Positions 21,965-24,000 of a stretch of DNA of 24,000 nt are shown in pieces; positions within the stretch are counted from its first letter, which is position 1; each line of letters opens with the position of its first letter. The DNA lies in assembly GCA_021201315.1 (NCBI GenBank), contig JAJQFG010000120.1:54653-78652 (forward strand). Reading direction: 5' to 3'. Source of the DNA: Erysipelotrichaceae bacterium (lineage in GTDB: Bacteria > Bacillota_I > Bacilli_A > Erysipelotrichales > Coprobacillaceae). A program made the position numbers and the translations under genes. The notes beneath the pieces were generated by a model. The model made no database searches, was not told the DNA's origin, and saw only the letters and a program-made list of their open reading frames with translations.

Positions 21965-22178
21965 GAAATCGATGCGGAAGATAAGTATTCATAATAGGAC
22001 TTTAAGAGAGAAAATGGTTGGTGTAAATTTTTAGGCTATGATGAAGAAAGCTACTTCCAAGAGTGATGTAAACATCAACGCTTGTCAGCGTTACAGACTT
22101 AGAGGGTGTAGCTATGCTATGAAAAAGGATGGTACCGCGATGATGTCGTTCCTTAATGGAAGGACTTTTTTATTTGGA
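21965..22178 (+). promoter_or_regulatory. T-box riboswitch leader, alanine specifier (GCU)
   Basis: The Stem I base is GGAAG (21976-21980) paired with CTTCC (22054-22058). An AGAGAG box lies at 22005-22010. The specifier loop GAAAGCUA places GCU at 22050-22052, followed by a purine. The T-box sequence AAGGATGGTACCGCG lies at 22125-22139, and its UGGU can pair with the ACCA end of tRNA-Ala. The terminator hairpin GTTCCTT-AATGG-AAGGAC plus TTTTTT lies at about 22148-22172. Confidence 0.85.
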
Positions 22179-22188
22179 AGGAGAAGTT

Positions 22189-24000
22189 ATGAAAGATTTA
22201 ACAAGTAGTCAAATAAGACAAATGTTTTTAGATTATTTTAAAGGCAAAGATCATATGATTGAACCTGGAGCATCATTGATACCTCATAATGATCCAACGC
22301 TACTTTGGATTAATGCTGGGGTTGCAGCTTTAAAAAAATATTTTGATGGTAGTGAAAAACCAGCATCTAATAGAATTGCAAATGCCCAAAAATCAATTCG
22401 TACTAATGATATTGAAAATGTAGGCAAAACAGCTAGACATCATACTTTCTTTGAAATGTTAGGAAACTTTTCTATTGGTGATTATTTTAAAGAAGAAGCG
22501 ATTCCTTATGCATGGGAATTTCTAACAAGTGATCAATGGTTGGGTTTTGATAAAGATAAGATGTATGTGACTGTATATAGCGATGATGAAGATGCATATC
22601 GTATATGGACTGAAGTGTGTCATGTAGATCCTAGTCATATTTTAAAAACATATGGAAATTTTTGGGAAATTGGTGAAGGACCTGGTGGACCTGATACAGA
22701 GATATTTTATGATCGAGGAGAAAAGTATGATCCTGAAGGTTTAGGAGAAAAATTATTCTTTGAAGAATTAGAAAATGATCGTTATATTGAAGTTTGGAAT
22801 GTTGTATTCTCACAATATGATTGTAATCCTGCAATTGATCGTAAAGATTATAAAGAATTACCACAAAAGAATATTGATACAGGAATGGGACTTGAAAGAT
22901 TGGTAAGTATTGTTCAAGGTGGAGAAACGAACTTTGATACAGATTTATTTTTACCTATTATTCATGCGACTGAAGCCATGGCTAATATTAAATATGCAGA
23001 TAATAAAATGGCTTATCGTGTGATTGCCGATCATATTCGTACAGTGACTTTTGCTTTAAGTGATGGGGCTTTATTTGATAATGTTGGTAGAGGTTATGTT
23101 TTAAGACGTATTTTAAGAAGAGCAGTTAGATATGGTAAGAAGATTGGTATTGATCATGCTTTTATGTATAAATTAGTTTATATAGTTGCGGATAATATGA
23201 AGGACTTCTATGATTATTTACCTGATAAAGCTGATTATGTTAGTGGATTAGTGAAAAAAGAAGAAGAAGCATTCCATAAAACATTATCTAATGGTGAAAA
23301 ATTATTAGCACAAATGTTAGATAAGACAGAAGGTAAAGTATTGAATGGTAAAGACGCATTTAAACTTTATGATACTTATGGATTTCCGTTAGAATTAACA
23401 ATTGAAATAGCTGAAGAATCTGGCTTTAGTGTTGATGAAGAAGGATTCCAAGCAGAAATGAAATTACAACAAGAAAGAGCTAGAAATGCTCGTGGTGAGG
23501 CAGAATCTATGTCTTCACAAAAACCAGATCTTATGGCTTTTGATGAACCATCAGAATTTACATATGATCCTACGCCAATCACTGCTAAAGTTATCGCAAC
23601 TTTCAAAGATGGTGTTAAATGTGATGAAATTACTGATAAAGGTGAAATCATATTAGATAAAACAACATTCTACGCTGAAATGGGTGGTCAATGTGCAGAC
23701 ACTGGAACTATGAACAATGAAAATACCCAAATCAATGTAACATATGTAGCAAATGCACCTCATAAACAACATTTACATACGATTGAAGTTGTATCAGGAT
23801 CAGTGAAGATAGGAGATACATTAAAATTATGTGTGGACATTGAAAAACGTTCACTAATTCAAAACAATCATACTGCGACTCATTTATTACAAGCAGCTTT
23901 AAAACAAGTACTAGGTGCTCATGTCTCACAAGCTGGTTCATATGTAGACAATGAAAGATTACGTTTTGACTTTACACATCCACAAAAAATGACACAGGAT
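22189..24000 (+). CDS. alaS: Alanine--tRNA ligase, N-terminal 604 codons; 3' end lies outside the window
   Basis: ATG 22189 follows GGAAGGAGAAG, and frame 1 is open to the window end. MKDLTSSQIRQMFLDYFKGKDHMIEPGASLIPHNDPTLLWINAGVAALKKYF...RTNDIENVGKTARHHTFFEMLGNFSIGDYFK...IDTGMGLERL...HTATHLL contains the class II AlaRS catalytic motifs and the HxxxH editing-domain start. It is absent from the ORF track because it is edge-truncated. Confidence 0.96.
   Translation, partial: MKDLTSSQIRQMFLDYFKGKDHMIEPGASLIPHNDPTLLWINAGVAALKKYFDGSEKPASNRIANAQKSIRTNDIENVGKTARHHTFFEMLGNFSIGDYFKEEAIPYAWEFLTSDQWLGFDKDKMYVTVYSDDEDAYRIWTEVCHVDPSHILKTYGNFWEIGEGPGGPDTEIFYDRGEKYDPEGLGEKLFFEELENDRYIEVWNVVFSQYDCNPAIDRKDYKELPQKNIDTGMGLERLVSIVQGGETNFDTDLFLPIIHATEAMANIKYADNKMAYRVIADHIRTVTFALSDGALFDNVGRGYVLRRILRRAVRYGKKIGIDHAFMYKLVYIVADNMKDFYDYLPDKADYVSGLVKKEEEAFHKTLSNGEKLLAQMLDKTEGKVLNGKDAFKLYDTYGFPLELTIEIAEESGFSVDEEGFQAEMKLQQERARNARGEAESMSSQKPDLMAFDEPSEFTYDPTPITAKVIATFKDGVKCDEITDKGEIILDKTTFYAEMGGQCADTGTMNNENTQINVTYVANAPHKQHLHTIEVVSGSVKIGDTLKLCVDIEKRSLIQNNHTATHLLQAALKQVLGAHVSQAGSYVDNERLRFDFTHPQKMTQD

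Noticed and set aside
22631-23941. Three minus-strand ORFs (22631..22864, 23376..23651, 23732..23941), the only track entries in this region
   Set aside because: All three are antisense to the clear alaS reading frame (22189 to the window end), which the track omits because it is open-ended.
1-24000. Looked for CRISPR arrays, tRNA/rRNA genes, IS elements or transposases, integrases, phage genes, toxin-antitoxin pairs and known defence-system signatures
   Set aside because: None was seen. Every ORF longer than about 60 aa on the coding strand is accounted for by a housekeeping, sporulation or thiamine function, or by the three uncharacterised genes discussed in the findings. The only repeats found are the short ones listed.

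Overview
The window is a visibly AT-rich (not computed), densely packed, almost entirely plus-strand core-genome region of a low-GC, spore-forming Firmicute. Gene order follows Bacillus. The type-B-like RNase P RNA and the sporulation genes suggest an Erysipelotrichia/Clostridia-like lineage, but that is inference only.

Gene order:
- A D-Ala-D-Ala carboxypeptidase 3' fragment that is open at the left edge, then rluB.
- A small zinc-ribbon ORF convergent with a ferredoxin gene.
- An acidic tail-anchored protein, cmk, der, gpsA and a SpoVIF-like protein.
- Two diverged Cys-cluster flavodoxin-fold genes, the second frameshifted.
- thiM-thiE-HAD-thiD, then spoIVA, hup, a YugP-like Zn peptidase, a YpmB-like protein, dnaD and nth.
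- ponA and recU on the minus strand.
- gpsB, rnpB (RNase P RNA), a rodZ-like gene, pgsA, a CinA C-terminal-like remnant and recA.
- An Ala T-box leader and alaS, which is open at the right edge.

The two edge-truncated genes (3..434 and 22189..24000) are missing from the supplied ORF track but read clearly in the sequence. Most transcription units have recognisable sigma-A-type promoters and hairpin/T-tract terminators.

I found no tRNA, rRNA, CRISPR array, transposase, integrase, phage gene or recognisable defence or toxin module. I cannot honestly claim a novel multi-gene system here.

Items worth a second look:
1. Two ORF disruptions at poly-A runs, each repaired by adding one A: a zinc-ribbon ORF with no stop codon before a bidirectional terminator, and a flavodoxin-fold gene split at an A_AAA_AAT heptamer.
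2. A self-contained two-gene cassette of diverged Cys-cluster flavodoxin-fold proteins.
3. A thiamine operon with no room for a TPP riboswitch, carrying an embedded HAD phosphatase.
4. A degenerate CinA remnant coupled to a recA that has no promoter region or SOS box of its own.
5. A perfect 12-bp inverted repeat bracketing a TATAAT upstream of the alaS T-box.

All homology calls come from motif recognition by eye. No database search was run.
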